49,588 nucleotides of DNA. It comes from Octopus bimaculoides (lineage: Eukaryota). Under the pieces are notes generated by a model. That model did no database searches, was not told where the DNA came from, and saw nothing but the letters and a program-made list of their open reading frames with translations. Below are positions 48,061 to 49,588 of the stretch, one piece after another. Numbering within the stretch: the stretch's first letter is position 1; every line of letters starts with the position of its first letter. A program made the translations under genes and the position numbers. Location: NCBI RefSeq assembly GCF_001194135.2, contig NC_068985.1:76728453-76778040 (forward strand), written 5' to 3'.

Positions 48061-49539
48061 AGCTAAATAAAGGCAACCAGTTATGGCCTACTGCCTAATT
48101 AAGTATTCATTAGTATGGATTTATGTAGGCACAGAAATACTCTTACACTGATTAAATATATTACCAGATGTTATTCTGTTCTAAATTTAATCCCCACTGA
48201 CTTTGAAACAAATAAACAGCATCAAACTTCTCAGAAAACTTTTATATAAGACATCGAACTTCTCGATTCGAAAAAAAAAATAATAATCTTCAAATATATA
48301 TGTCCGTGTGGGTGTGTTTTTCTCATACAATAAAAAAAAATCAATATTTGTATGTCAGTAATAGGAATTTTATAGGCGGCAGCAGGATGAAATGAGGCAT
48401 CGCCCAAAGAGATTTGAACCTGAATTCGAACCCCCAAAATATGTGAGGGGTCGAACTAGATATGGGAAATAAATAAATATATTGCCGAATATTTGTTTCG
48501 TTATGTACAGCCTTTCGTTACATCACTATTTATAAATAGATAGCGGATAAGTGGGTGATGTAAAGTAAAAATTGTTAAAAGTGAATAAATTTAATCAACG
48601 AATATGAGATATTGGCATAAAATAATACACATATCAAAGGTGATGAAATGGCCGATCAAAAGGCCAATTAATCTGTCATATTTCGTCATTAGGGCCAAGT
48701 GCGAGCTGTTTATTAGGGGCTTCAAAAGGTGTAAAAGTTAAAAGAAATAGACAACTTCAATAACAAAAATTTAAAAAAAATAAATAAAAGGTCATACCAA
48801 TTGCGCAATATCTAAACAAACATCATTACAATGTCGATATCCATAATATATTAGTACTAATTTTACAGATCATAATAAGTCAAATAAGAAAGGTAAGACA
48901 ACGTGTAAACGGACAGACGAAACTGATATATTTATATATTATATTTACCTTTAATTTCTTCGTTAATTAGTGTTTCATCCACATTTTTGATACGGCAGCT
49001 GCTTTGTAGTTCCTTTATTTGATTTGTAGTAAAAGGTTATAATTCATATTAAAAATATTATTAAATTAATTTTATTGAGATGTATATAAAAATTGACTAT
49101 CTTAGAGAGAGAAATTTACACAAATAAACTCTAGAAGAGAGCTTGATCTGGTGTTCAGTTTTAGACAGGAAAAAACAGTCATGACATCACTGCAATGTGA
49201 TTGGAGGAAATATTGCTGACGTAAAACTTGTAATTCCCAAGTGGGGTGTGAAGAGGAATGATGGGATGTTAGGAGAATGAAAGAAAAAAAAAACAAAAAG
49301 ACTCATGGTGTAAATAAATAAAATATTAATGTGGAATACAAGTATGGAAGGCATATATAACACAGGAACGAGGAAGAATGGTTATATTCATACACATATA
49401 CACGCACACGCACACACACAGAAGTGCAGACGGAATAGGAACAAGAGATGTGTTTGTAGACATATATAGATGTGTGACTGTATATTTATATATATGTATA
49501 TGCATGAGCACACATACACATGTAGAGAGTGAAAGAGAC

Positions 49540-49588
<49 letters not shown>

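Noticed and set aside
30291-49588. Canonical kappaB sites (GGGRNNYYCC) upstream of the gene
   Set aside because: I found no perfect match by eye; only near-matches, reported separately at 45502-45587.

Overview
AT-rich, repeat-dense animal genomic DNA with four assembly gaps. The SINE and RTE families and the (TA)n/(CA)n load look like those I recall from Octopus (coleoid cephalopod); this is an inference, not a database result. One protein-coding gene is well supported. It is on the minus strand, has five coding exons joined by hand (30213-27549, 22786-22587, 21267-21178, 20033-19922, 18634-18279; all introns GT-AG, phases consistent; 3423 nt = 1140 aa + stop), and encodes an atypical/nuclear IkappaB-like protein (IkBzeta/IkBNS/Bcl-3 type). 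The protein has an 888-aa low-complexity N-terminus from one 2.7-kb exon, containing about 25 tandem 10-aa units (18 with a Ser-Pro site), then five ankyrin repeats and a degenerate sixth. The rest is mostly decayed mobile DNA: three mariners (one full length, nested in an RTE LINE), RTE/CR1/Penelope-like remnants, several tRNA-SINE families and two hAT MITEs. Unexplained structure includes a 78-bp target-site-like duplication, a 333-bp inverted repeat, a nested foldback complex at 45.8-47.3 kb and a CpG-rich interval that may be a bidirectional promoter. The best candidate for new biology is the Ser-Pro decamer array on the nuclear IkB-like protein; its proposed function is hypothesis only.
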